The notes under the pieces: model-generated
What the model saw: only the letters and a program-made list of their open reading frames with translations
Told to the model about the DNA's origin: nothing
The model's database searches: none
Shown here: one piece after another, positions 38,001 through 49,483 of the stretch
How positions within the stretch are numbered: the stretch's first letter is position 1
How the letters are laid out: each line of letters opens with the position of its first letter
Made by a program: the position numbers and the translations under genes
Assembly: GCA_965178125.1 (NCBI GenBank)
Contig: OZ237735.1
Span: 1,426,001 to 1,490,000, forward strand
Direction: 5' to 3'
DNA from: Bilabrum cf. latius
Lineage: Eukaryota
DNA length: 64,000 bases

Positions 38001-40666
38001 CTCGCTTCTTGCAGCTGGGCGCTGGCGGTCTCCCGGGCCTCCTCTGCCGCCCTGGTCCTCCTCTCGATTGACGAGTCAAGGTCCTCGTTCCGCCTGTGGG
38101 CCGACTCGGCCGCCTGCACCGCGCGCTCGGCGTCCTCCTTGGCTCGCTTGGCCCGCTCTTCCGCCAGCTGTGCCTCGGCCTCGCGCTGCTCCAGGCGCTA
38201 CCGCTGCTCCTCGAGCTCCTCTTTGGCCCGCTCCGCTGCAGCGTCCCTCTTGGCAGCCTGCCTCTCCCTGTCCTCCAGGGCATCGCTGGCTTCCTCCAGC
38301 TGCTGCCGTGCCTCGTGTACCTGTTCCTTGGCTTCCTCCGCACGCCTTTCGGCCTGCTCTGCCTCTTCCTCCCGGTGCTGCGCCTCCTTCTCTCGCCTCT
38401 GCAGCTCCTGCCTCTCTGCCTCGGCTTTCGCCCGCTGGCTCTCGATGTCCCTGTCCCTGCTGTCCAGCTGCTGCTTGCGATCCTCCAGGGCCTTCTCCTT
38501 GGATTCTGCCTCTGCCACCCGCTTGGCCAGCCCCTCCCGGGACTGCTCCATGGACCGCAACGTCATTGCCTTGGCCTTTTTCACCGCGGAGGCCTCGCGA
38601 CCAGCGGAGGCTGCGACGCGGAGCAGTTCCTGGGAGGCTGCCGCGGCGTCCTGTGCCACCTCCCGCGCCGCCGACTCTAGCGCTGCGGCTCCTGCGGGTG
38701 ACAGCAGAATCGGCAGGCCACCCAGGAGTTTCTGCGAGGACGGCATAGGGGACGACGAGGCAGTACCACTGGAGGCATCGGCTGGCCCAGGCCGGTCAGC
38801 AGATGAGCCGTGCCTCCGTCTCGCAGCAATGGAGTGCTTGTCCTAAGTTCGCTTGCCCTTGCCGGACCAAGAACCACCCCCTTTTCCTTTGCCTCTACCA
38901 CTCCCAGAATCATGCGGTGAACCCTCTCTGCCCTTGGCATCTACAGTGCCCCCCCCTCCGATACCGCCACCGCTGGGCAGCTCCAGCTCCTCTCGGCAGG
39001 TGGCCTCCCACAGCATGGCCAACCAGCGGCTGGCTGCATCGCTTGGAGAGGACGTGCCTGTTCTCTGCGGTGTGCCCTGCGAGCGTCCAGCTTTCGATGG
39101 CGGGGTGGGTGGCGGTGTTGGCAGCAGGTCCGCAAATGCGTCCTCGTTATCGCCCGCTCGAGCGACTGCAGCCCTGCTGCCGCCTCGTCCAGCCCCTCGA
39201 CTGTCGCTGCTCGCGGATGTGCCAGGGACCAGCTCTGGAGACCCCGGAGTTGACGCACTCGTCACATTGCTTATCGCCGAGTCCGTTGCTCGCCCGCTCT
39301 CCCCCGCCTTCCTCGGCTCCAGGTCCCATCGCGCGCCCAGGGCGTGCATCCAGGCGGGCACGGGCGGGGGCAGGGACGGAGGGATCGAAGCACGCCGACT
39401 GAGAGTAGTCAAACCACCCGGTGCGGAATTCTTCCCCTTGTGCCCAGGATGGCCACTCCCATCGCTGCCCTAGTCCTAGTCCTAGTCCTAGCCCTAGTCC
39501 TAGTCCTAGTCACCACCGCCCGCTGCAGCGTGAAGCGACTCGAACACGGCGCTCGCCGACTTGCACGCCTGCCTCTGCTCCCAGGCCTTGATGCTCTGCA
39601 CGCATAGGGCACGGACAGTGTTTGCCGCGGCCCTCCCTGTTCTCTCCTGCCCGGCGAGCACCTGCTTGCTCGCTTCCTGCCGGGCAGCGCTCACTCTCCT
39701 GCTCGCCGTGCTGGCCTCTCGCGCCGCCCTCTTGTGTTCCTCAATGGCACGGGCGGCCTCCTAGACCGCGTGATCTGCCTGTTGTCTCTCCTCCCTTGCT
39801 CGCTTGGCCGCTCGGTCTGCCTCCTTTTTGGCCCGAGCAAGTGCTTCGGCCTCGTCCCTGTCCAGGTCCAGCTGCTGCCTCGCCCTGCTCGCCTCCTCCT
39901 GCTCAGAGGCAGCTGCCTGCCTGGCCCGGTCGATCCCGTGCTTGGCTCGGGACAGTTCCTCCGCCTCGCGCCGCAAGCGGCCCTCTGCTCTCTCGGTGGC
40001 CTGCTCCCTCAACGCGACCGATCGCTCCCTCTGCCTGTGTGCCTCGTCGTGCTCCTCCACCTCGGCCTCTCGCCTGCGGAGCCGGCTTTCAAGCTCTTTC
40101 GCCTGCCGCTCCGCATCTGCCAGCTACCGCTGTTTGTCTTCCAGGGCCCGCTGCCTCTCGCGCAGGTCAGCACCCCATCTCTCGTACAGCGCCTGGAGCT
40201 CGACCCGCTTCATGCCGTCCAGGTCTGGCGGTGTCTGAGCCGATGGTGGTGGCAGGCCAACCGCAGTGGGATTCAACAGTATCGTAGATGAAGGCTACCT
40301 GCTAGGGGCGTCAGCGAGTCGACGTTGCCCTCCTCGACCTGCGACAACATCCTGCGAGGATGCCTTCGAGTCGGCGTCCTCAGGCAGAGCGCTGGCTCCG
40401 GCTCTGCCAGCAGCAGCACCATATGCCACACTGCGTCTTGAGCCACCATTTGCAAATTTAGGAGGCGACACTGCCTTCAAAGGCAACCCTAAGATGCTAG
40501 AGGCCCCGGTTGCAGATGGGTGCTGTGTTGCACCGAAGCTGAATCCAGAGTCTGCTATCCCTGCTGCGGAGCCGGCTTCTCTAGCTGCCTCCCAAAAGGA
40601 GTCAACTTTCGGTTTCGGCCGTTTCGTTCTTGTGCGAGACTCCATCGCAACGTTACGGCCTGGCAT
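29066..40666 (-). CDS. Giant E/R/A/Q-rich coiled-coil protein, ~3,870 aa
   Basis: About 19 minus-strand ORF fragments share one frame. I found only TAG in the gaps between them, no TGA or TAA. Long heptad-like alpha-helical stretches; ends at TAA 29066-29068. Start is 40666 or 40645. Confidence 0.8.
39470..39511 (-). repeat. (GACTAG)n coding microsatellite giving D-Q-D-Q-D-Q-G-Q-D-Q-D-Q-D-Q
   Basis: Seven in-frame TAG codons at 6-nt spacing inside the coiled-coil ORF. Confidence 0.9.
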
Positions 40667-40805
40667 AGGACCAACGTTCGAAAACTGCCAAAGCGCACGC
40701 TACCGATTTGAGGAACGTTCGCGAAACAGGGACCGAACCTCGCATCTGGACGCGGTTTCTGCTCAAAACGAAGCAGTTTCTGATCCTATACAGCTCGGAT
40801 CAACT

Positions 40806-41203
40806 ATGGTGTGCATTGCATGCTTATTTTATCCCATGTTAATGCTACTAGCTGGCCCGGTGCTGTCCATGTGAGCCATGACAAGCGCTCCGAAGCGCAG
40901 CGTCCGTTCCACGTGCAGATTGAATTTCCTCCGCTTGTGCCGCACGCGTTTCCTTTACAATGCAGCGTATCTATATATTTTGAGAAATGGTTTGGTATTG
41001 GCATCTATGGTAAGGGTAAGAACAAGAAGAAGAGGGCCGTGTCGGACGCAGAGGCAGAAGGCGTGAACACGACACCAAACATTAAGGTAGTCAAGCCACC
41101 CAGGGTGCCGGAGTCGTTGCGATAGGACACTGTGGAGTAGGAGTAGAAGGTTGATGGCGAAGACTATCCGAAGGTAGTGGAAGCGGACGCTGCTGTTGGT
41201 TGA
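40806..41203 (+). CDS. UPF0729/C18orf32-like small protein; intron 40871-40965
   Basis: MVCIACLFYPMLMLLAGPVLSI|VSIYFEKWFG resembles the MVCIPC...P N-terminus of this family. 95-nt GTGAGC..TGCAG intron, three internal TAGs, TGA end. Confidence 0.6.
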
Positions 41204-41256
41204 GATGACCTCTTGCGAGCACACACTGATTGGGTGACACGCGTTCCACAGGCATT

Positions 41257-44200
41257 TCACTCAGCCCGCGCGTCCCATCCCTGCACCAAGGCGCGCCACA
41301 CGATTGACACTGCACACACAGTATCGCCAGCCCCACAGCTTTCGGCGGCGCGGGTGAGCCAGCCATCCGCTCGGGCCAGCCGTTCCGCTCGCTCGCTCCC
41401 TGGCACTCCCAGGCTCCACGCGCTGCAGCACCACGCGACCCCGGCTGCCAACTGCAGCTCCTGCCTGCAAGCCCACTAGCCCGCCCTAGTGCTACCCTCA
41501 ATTGCTCGCTCCGCGCAATGGGCCGCCCGCTCGCTCAAACCGAGCGCGAGCAAGTGCTCCGCGGAAGCGAGCGACACCTCCGCAAGCAGCCCTCCCGCGA
41601 AATCGGGATACGCCAAACAGCACCCTACCGCTTCTGCCAGCGGAGCCAAGAAAGTCAGAACGGGCACTGGTTTATCTCTCCCAAGCACCCGCACTTCATC
41701 ACTCGCCTGCTAGAGCGCAACTACCGGTCCGCTCTAATGCTCCCGCTCGCCCTCGCCTCCCTCCGATGATGCGACCATCCCGGCTCTGCCAGCCAGCGCC
41801 AGCCTGCCGACGAGTCCGGCTGCCATCCAGCGATCACCGCTGCTCTTGCCCGGTATAGCAGCAGCTAGGTTAGCCCGCGCGAGCAGCACGAGCCCCGCCA
41901 CTCTCGCTGGAGCCAAGGCGCCTCCCACCGCGCACAGGGGGGCGCTGGCAGAGCCAATGGCACTGTCGGCTGCATCCTGCCTCCCGGTTTCGATTCCGAG
42001 TCCCAGGGCATCGGTCACCGCGGGGACGGTCATGAGACAGGCCGCGTCGCTTCTAGGGAGCCCCCCGCAGCGGTTCCGCAGGAAATCGTGCGCGGCGCCG
42101 ATGGCGTCCAGCGGCCGGTTGGCCTCGAGCAAGCCGTACCCGGCGGCGAGCTCGTCGGTAACCCACGCGTCAGCTGTCTAATCACTTGTTTTTGATTCTG
42201 AATCACCCATCGCACCCGGGCGTTGCAGCGCGGCAGGTGGCAGGGCAGGTGCTAGTAACACCATGGAAGCGGGCGCGGCCGCGGAGCTCATGGCGGCCTG
42301 CCCTCCCGTGTCGGCCACGAGGAAGCTGAACCCGTCGCTATCCACTTGTTCCCTGGTTGCTTGTTCCCTGGGTGCCTCCTGCAACGGGACAGCGTGTCTC
42401 TCGGCAGGAATCGAGCTATTGCTGCCACGGATCACTTCCAGTCTCTCCGCATCTCGTGCGCTGAGCAGTCCGCTCAACTTCGCGCTGGACACCATGTCGC
42501 CCACCAATGAAGCAGCAGCAGAAGCAGAATAAGAGGCAGATGCACCTGAAGACACCCCGCTGCTTCGCCCGAACCACTACGAGGGCAGCTGGTCCCGGGC
42601 TGAGAACCCACCCAAGCCGCTGGAGCTCCCAAATGAAGCTCCCCCATCGCCGCCCCACACCGCACCCACCGCTTCATCCGCGCGAGATACGGCTCCGAAT
42701 CCAGCGGCCCGCAGCCTCCTCCGGCGGTGCCTGGCCTCGCTTGCCTCGAGCTCGTCCACCTGGTGCCTTCTCAGCACCTGGCCGAGACCTGCCGCCACGG
42801 CCCCCGCCGCCCCGCTGGCCACCGACCGCATCCGCTTGCTCACCCCCTCTGGCCCGCCCCCCCGGCCCCGCAGCAGCTCCCATCCCTCCGTCCCCTGCGG
42901 TGTCATTGGTGTGATGAGTGTGGCCACGCTCCGCTGCCCCAGCGACGCGTGCATCAGCCGAGCAGAGTCGAACGGCAGAGGCCCCTCACCCGTGAGACCC
43001 AGGGCGTGGGCCGAGTGGGAGGCCACGGGGTCCAGCGAGGGCCTGTCCCCAAGGAGGGGGGCACCCCTCGCGATGGAGGCGCGGGCGTGTGCCTCGAAGA
43101 GCGTCGCACCGGCCGCTGGGTGCTCCGATCCACTCGTCACACGGGCCAGCGCGTGCAGGCCGGCCCTGGACAGGAGCTCGTGCCCCGATGCACCGCACAG
43201 CACAGCGGCGTGCAGCGCCATCCTCGTGCGGTCTACCCCGGATGCAGTGCACGACAGTCTCGCCGCACCCCCGAGCGACCCCTCCGATGACCCCAGCAAG
43301 AACCCCCCTGCCACCCCCAGCACAGGCAGGGGCCCACCGCCGCCGCCCCCCCGGTCCCCGACGGCACCCGAGCCAGACGCCCCCACCGCCGATCGACCCA
43401 TACGCTGGGACACAGCGGAGCTGAGCGTCCCGCGCACCGCAGCGGCAGCAACAGCCGCAGGCCACGCCCCGACGTCCGACCCCCGCAAGGCCCGGGGAAC
43501 AGACTCGGAGCCGGAATAGGACCAGGCCAGCAGGGCGCACAGCTGCCTCCACGTGTACGCGCCGAGCACCTGCTGCAGGGCCGCCGATGCCGCAGAGTCC
43601 CCCCGCTCCCACCCTTGTTCCCCCAGGGAACAAGCCATGAGGGCCCGCAGCCCCGACGCGATCCCGGCACAGACCACGTCCCTCTGCCTCATGGCGGCCT
43701 CGACCGCCTCGGAAAGCGCCAGCCGCGCCCCGCCCGCCTGGCCACTCCCGATCATCCTGACGGCCCTGCCGAGGGACACGTAGTGCAGGGCGGGGCCCAG
43801 CGACCTGCCGGCGGGGCCGGCGCCCGTCTAAATGGCAGTGGCCACGGCGGCCGCCGCCCGCGCCACCGCCACGCTGACCATGCCCTCGGGCTTGGCCTCC
43901 TGCTCCAGCTGCTCGTGTTCTCCAGGATCCTCCGACTGGCTCAGGTCAGTGGCCTCACCCTGCAGCAGCCTCGTGGCAAGTTCCGCAGTGCGCGGCGCCG
44001 CGGCCCTCCCCGGGGGCAGCAGGGGCCCCCCGCGCTGGGGTCCGCACACGAGCATCCGGAGCCCCTGATCCGATCCCACCGCCGCCGCCCCGAGCGCCTG
44101 CCCCGACCCGAGAGTCACGAGCCTCTCGCCGGGCCCCACCGACTCTCCCTCCGTCCCTAGCCCCCGCAGCGCCGCTGCCTGGGCAGGAGTGGCCTCATCG

Positions 44201-45164
44201 GTGACGCCAGCCAGGGCCGCACCCGCGCCAGCGGTTGCAAGTGTGGCACCGGCGAGCGCCGCGGCGCCGGGGTTCCGCACTGCACCCCCCATGGCGGGGT
44301 CACCACCCCCTGGAGTTTCACTTCCCGCGGTGGACTCCCCCATGGCCGCCGCCATGAGCCCCGCGGCGCCCCTCACGGTTGCAACCGCCGGCAGGAGCCC
44401 CCTGTCTCGCGCCGCCTGCTCCTTCCCCGAAACGTCTGGGTCCGCCACCGGTACCACCGCGCCTGCGTGCAGGGCAGCCAGTGCAGTGGAGCGCCCACTC
44501 AGGGATTGGGACGCCACGAGGCGCTCCGTGGCAGCCGTGATCGATTCCATGTCGAGCTGAGCTGGCAGCGGGAGCGCCGGTGCTTGACCAGCTGAAGCAG
44601 CGAGCCGTCTAGCTAGGTGCCGGCAAGACTGTGCCAGTTCGCACAGCGTGTCAAATCGCATCGACGAAGCAGCCAGCGCAATGCGGCGTACGTATAGCCC
44701 GACCAGGCTCCGCCTGCCAAACACTGGAGGCAGCTGCTCGTCCTCGCTAACCGTCGCAGGTTCCAAAATCTCCTGCGCTCACGAAAATCCAGTAACAGTG
44801 TTCAACAAGCCAATGGTCACGGTAAACTGTATGCAAAACAATCGGTAAATCAGCACACCAAGGCAAATATCCTCACGTCCAGTCTGTTCAACACCGCTTT
44901 TAGCTCGTCTGGATCCCCGGCGAGCTGCTCCATCCAGTTCGAAGCTTTATGTATACGCGTCTGTACCAATGAACTGTTCTTGGTAGTGCGCTTTATGATA
45001 GCCTGGCTTGCTTGAAGGCTACCTTTAGCTACAATGGTGCCATACTCAGCAAGGCAGCCAACAAGAGCACTCTTATCGCTGTCTAGGGAGAGGCATGGCT
45101 GGAGCCCAATGTGATGTCTGATTAAACCCGATAAGACAATATCGAGAGGGGACAGGCGCAGCAT
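41257..45164 (-). CDS. Anaphase-promoting complex subunit 5-like (divergent, with low-complexity insertions); intron 44773-44876
   Basis: RRSLVGLYVRRIALAASSMRF and ARLALSEAVEAAMRQRDVVC resemble APC5 motifs. Six exon-2 fragments share one frame and are joined by TAG; TGA end. Confidence 0.6.
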
Positions 45165-45284
45165 AGAGCGCCCAGGATCTGCTTTCGAACTGTTTGAATA
45201 GGCGCCGCGCGTTGCAGATGAGGTTCCGCAAGTCGTTGCTGCCCGAGAAAGATCTGAGAAACCAGCTGCAGGGTGTGCGGTGCT

Positions 45285-47324
45285 ATGGCTAGCGCTAGCG
45301 GGGATGCGTCTGGAAAAGACAAGGCCGAGCCCATGCGAATGCAGTCGCCGCGGTTCACGTTTACGTCTTACATCGTCTTTACGGTGTGTTTTGTGGCTCT
45401 CGTGCTCATCTCTGTCACGATCGGAGCCTTAGGCCCCAAAGCCTACACAACCAAGGAAACTACAAACCACAACCATCTCGTATGCCGTAAAGCAGACTGC
45501 AATGTGAAATGGCGAGGCAGGCTCACCCACATGAGCCCTCTGCATCAGGGATTGGTTCTGAATGCCGTAGTGGAGACCCCCCTGACTGCGAAGGCTGACG
45601 GCAGCTCCACAATGTTGCCTGCCCAATTCAACGTGGAGTTCCCCTTGGTCTTTCACCTGAACATGACCGGGCGGGCGAAGCACCTCGCCGATGGGCACGC
45701 CATTGAGACGAACAGCGAGCACGCTCGTGAAGTGCGCTGCCACGCTGGCCAGTCCAACTGCACTGCCGTGCCCATCTTCGCGCTGACTCACGTGGAATAC
45801 AAAGAGTATGACATCAGCATCGAGATCGACCATCCGACGGAGGCGCTGGAGCGGCTCGGCCTGCACACGGCGGTACGCATCCGTTTCTACGCGTCCTTTG
45901 TCAACAAGCGGTTCACGCAATTCGAGGCCGGTTTCAAGTACTTTTTCGCCACCGTCTCCCTGCTTGGCGCTGCGGTATACACTGGCATTCTCATGTGCAC
46001 GGGCGGCCGCGGCGAGAAGGGCGTCGGCAGCGCCTGCGCTCGCCTCACTTCGGACCAGGGCTGGGCAATGGCTCTACTCTGGGGCCTGTCGGCCTTCGAT
46101 GACCCCTTCTTCCTGGCTGCCGTGTACACCCCGGGCGTGGCGTGGCCGGCCATCAACACCTTTTCCACCGTCACGTTCCTGGCCATGCTGCTCCTGTACT
46201 TTTTGTGCCAGGCTCACGCCATCGCAGTGTCGGGCGAATCGGCCCGACCTGGAGGGGCCGAGGGTGGGCCTGGGTCCGGGGGGGTGAAGCGGGACGCGTG
46301 GTTCTACCTGTTCAAGCTCGTTTTCATCATGGCCTTCTGGATGCTGTCCCTAGTCCTCAGCATGTACGTGCTGTACGAGCTCGAGGTGGACCCTTCCTAC
46401 TCCGTGGAGGACGACGACCTTCTCTCCCAGGGGTACGGCAGGTTCCTCTTCGGGCTGGCCATCGCCGTGGGTGTCGTCTATCTGCTGTGGCTGGCGCTGT
46501 ACTTTGTGCTCGCTGTCAGGCAGTGCGGGCGCCTCCCGCCTTACATGCAGCTGTGGCTGACCCTGACGTTCATCACGGTGCTCACCATCCTCAGCGTGTA
46601 CTGGGTGGGCGGGTTCTTCGTGACCCGCGAGAAGAACGCCGCGCTGACGTTTATCTGCCTGCACACCACGGTCAACTGCTACGTGTACCTGCTGGCCATC
46701 GGCGCGCTCCCGGGTTACGATTCCGGGTCCATCGACTGGGCCGTGGAGGAGGCCCAGCAGGAGGCGAGGGGGGCGAGGAGGGGCCGGTTCAGGGGGGGGG
46801 GTGTCGCCGGGGAGGGGGGGGAGGAGGGGGCGGAGGTGCTGGGGCGGGCTGGTGGCGCGGGGGGCTACAGGGACGACGTGCTCGTCGAGATCGGGGATGA
46901 GGAGGATGAGGATGAGGAGGATGAGAATGATGAGATCGTAGATGGGGACGCGGAGAGTGGGTCCCTGGGTGGAGGTGCCGCCGCTGCTGCCTCGGTGGCG
47001 GCGGCGGGCGACCGCTTCGGTTCGGAGGACCGGGCTAGGAGGACTAAGAGTGGGAAAAAGAAGAAGGCCAAGAGGCAGCAGCAGCAGCAGCAGGCGAAGA
47101 AGGGGAGGGGCGGCGGTGATGAGGACGGCCTCGGTGGGATCGAGCTGACGGTCGGGGGCGCCGGTGGTGACGACTTCGATTCGGAGTTCGAGCTGCAAGA
47201 CGGAGATGTCGACGTCGAGCTTGGACCTGGCGGCAGGAAGACGCATCGCGCTGCCAGTGGGGGGACTGCGCCGACGAGCAGCCGCGGGTTCGCAGACGAC
47301 CAGGACGCCGATTTGGAGGTCTGA
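45285..47324 (+). CDS. TMEM181: TMEM181/GPR178-like multi-pass membrane protein
   Basis: FVNKRFTQFEAGFKYFF and DQGWAMALLWGLSAFDDPFF motifs, about 8 TM helices and an acidic tail. Uninterrupted ORF; TGA end. Confidence 0.8.
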   Translation: MASASGDASGKDKAEPMRMQSPRFTFTSYIVFTVCFVALVLISVTIGALGPKAYTTKETTNHNHLVCRKADCNVKWRGRLTHMSPLHQGLVLNAVVETPLTAKADGSSTMLPAQFNVEFPLVFHLNMTGRAKHLADGHAIETNSEHAREVRCHAGQSNCTAVPIFALTHVEYKEYDISIEIDHPTEALERLGLHTAVRIRFYASFVNKRFTQFEAGFKYFFATVSLLGAAVYTGILMCTGGRGEKGVGSACARLTSDQGWAMALLWGLSAFDDPFFLAAVYTPGVAWPAINTFSTVTFLAMLLLYFLCQAHAIAVSGESARPGGAEGGPGSGGVKRDAWFYLFKLVFIMAFWMLSLVLSMYVLYELEVDPSYSVEDDDLLSQGYGRFLFGLAIAVGVVYLLWLALYFVLAVRQCGRLPPYMQLWLTLTFITVLTILSVYWVGGFFVTREKNAALTFICLHTTVNCYVYLLAIGALPGYDSGSIDWAVEEAQQEARGARRGRFRGGGVAGEGGEEGAEVLGRAGGAGGYRDDVLVEIGDEEDEDEEDENDEIVDGDAESGSLGGGAAAAASVAAAGDRFGSEDRARRTKSGKKKKAKRQQQQQQAKKGRGGGDEDGLGGIELTVGGAGGDDFDSEFELQDGDVDVELGPGGRKTHRAASGGTAPTSSRGFADDQDADLEV

Positions 47325-47494
47325 GGAAAGCATCAACGCCGCTCCATCTTGGGGGACGGTTCATGTGAGATTGACTGGCTGTTGTTGAATGCATTGTTTA
47401 GATTAAAGATCGCATTCGTGCTCGTTTTCTCATGGTTTTGGCCTTTGGCGAATGCCGGAACTGCTCGCAAAAAGACCAGAACAGCACTCGCAGC

Positions 47495-49071
47495 ATGCCA
47501 ATGGAGGTTGTTGACGCGTCAATCAGCAGCAAGTACCATGTTGATATGTCAAAACCTTTTGCTGTCGGCGGGGAAGCTAGGTTGTATGTTGGCATGCCTC
47601 TACATTGTGCAGCTTCGCCGGAGCGAGCGGTGATCAAGGTGTATCGAAGATCGAGCTCCAGCACCGAGCAGCAGGTATTGTCCCACACTTCGAGGCTCCA
47701 ACTCTCTGGTATCATTCCATGCATAATGCAAGCCCAATGCTTTGGATCAAGGGCAGTTGCCATCGTGAGATCTTCCGACGCTCCTTCAAATGTGCCCGGC
47801 CTCGATCGAATGATTGGCACTTGTTTTGCTTTGTACCACGCGCGCAGCCTAAATTTTCGGGGGATTTGCATAGCCTCGCTCAAAATTCCTCTGCATATAG
47901 CTCATTGAGATGCCCTGCATCGGCTGGCCTGTCTGAGCAGCTGCTTGCTGTGCTTGCAGTCCGAGTCCTGAGGGCTCTTCTTCACTTGCACTCGGTTGGA
48001 ATTGCGCATGGTGACTTGAAATTGGAAAACATTGTGTACGATGAAGTAGATTCGTGCGGCACGAGAGACTTGAAAGCAGCCAGCAGTGCGACCAGCAGCC
48101 GGCCAGCAGAAGTACCGCAAGCTCTCGCGACCGCCCCTAGGGTAGCTTTGATCGACTTTGGATTCTCCCGAAACGTGCGAGCCTGCGATGCAAAAAGCAG
48201 CTGGCGTGCGCTATGCAAGCGACAGGCCGGCAGGTTGCCTGCGGCAGAAAGCGAGGATCGCGCAGTCGAGGCGAGCAGAGCTGAGCACGCTGCCTCTGCC
48301 ACTTGCAGCACCAGCGCCAGCGCCAGCAGCAGCTCGAAAGGATGCAGCTACAGCCGGATCCCTGCATCCGGAGCAGGCAGAGATACTGCCTCAGGATCAA
48401 ACGAGGGAAAGCCATCCGAGGCGCCACCTCCTATCGCAGGCCGCAAGCGCAGCCGAGCAGAGCTTGGCACGGAGCCGGGTATGGCGGACACCGTGGCCCC
48501 GCCGGCACCTGAACGACTCAATTTGGACTAGACTCGGATTCCCATCGGCGCCTTTGTGGCTCCCGAGGTGCAGCTGCTGGCTCAAACCCGAGGCTAGGAC
48601 GTCCTTGGGCGGGATACAGCCGTCGCTGGCTAGCTGTGCGCGGCCAAGGCAGATGCGTGGAGCTTCGGTGCTTGCCTGGTCGCGATGGCTGCGCTGCATT
48701 GCCCTGCAGGCTGCACTCGCAGGAACGCCGTGTCCCTGCCGGCCCCGGTGCGGCCTGGGTCCAAGTGCTATTCGTCTAATTTCATCCGATTAATCGGGAG
48801 ACTGTGTGTTGCTGATGCGAGGGAGAGGGTGGCGCTGCATGATGCGTGGTTGGGAGATCCGTGGCTGGAGTGGGCGATGTAGCTGGAGGCAAGTGTGGCT
48901 GCAATGCAAAGCTAGCGGGGTTGTGGAGGCCAAATCGGCGCTGTCAAAGACACAGACGCCGGTTCAAGAGTGGACTACTCGGTTGGTGGGCTAGTTCCAC
49001 GGTCACGAAGAGCTGGCTCAACTGTCGCAAAGTCGTGCAAGAAGCGGAGGGTTGAGGCAATGTTCACTTAA
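47495..49071 (+). CDS. Ser/Thr protein kinase (divergent); intron 47765-47847
   Basis: AVGGEARLY, AVIK, HGDLKLEN and DFG, then APE and ADAWSFG located beyond TAG 48529. First non-TAG stop is TAA 49069-49071. Confidence 0.85.
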
Positions 49072-49483
49072 TAAAGCAGGTTTGGTTCGCGGGTTTAAAG
49101 GTGACGAGCCTTGGCATTTTACTAGGTTGACATGGCAGGTATGTTTCAAAATGGGAGTCGGAGCGCGCGGAGAGTTCAGTATGGGTTTGACCGGGTGGAC
49201 AATCATTAAGCACCAATTTTAAACGAGCACAAGATTGTCCACTCAACTTATCTAGACAGGGTAAGCTATGATCCGCACGGAGCGCGATAAGCGATTTGTC
49301 AGATTGATGCTACAAGCGCGGCGAGCAATTGGCCGATACGGCCTGTGACATGCTATCTTGTCATGCTGCTCCGTTGAGTGGAAATTACTTTCGAACCGTT
49401 TCGGCGACGTCGCAAGCCTGAACATGCAGGAATATATTGCAATATAGTACGTTTTTCGTAAGTCAACGCAGGGAGTCTGACGA

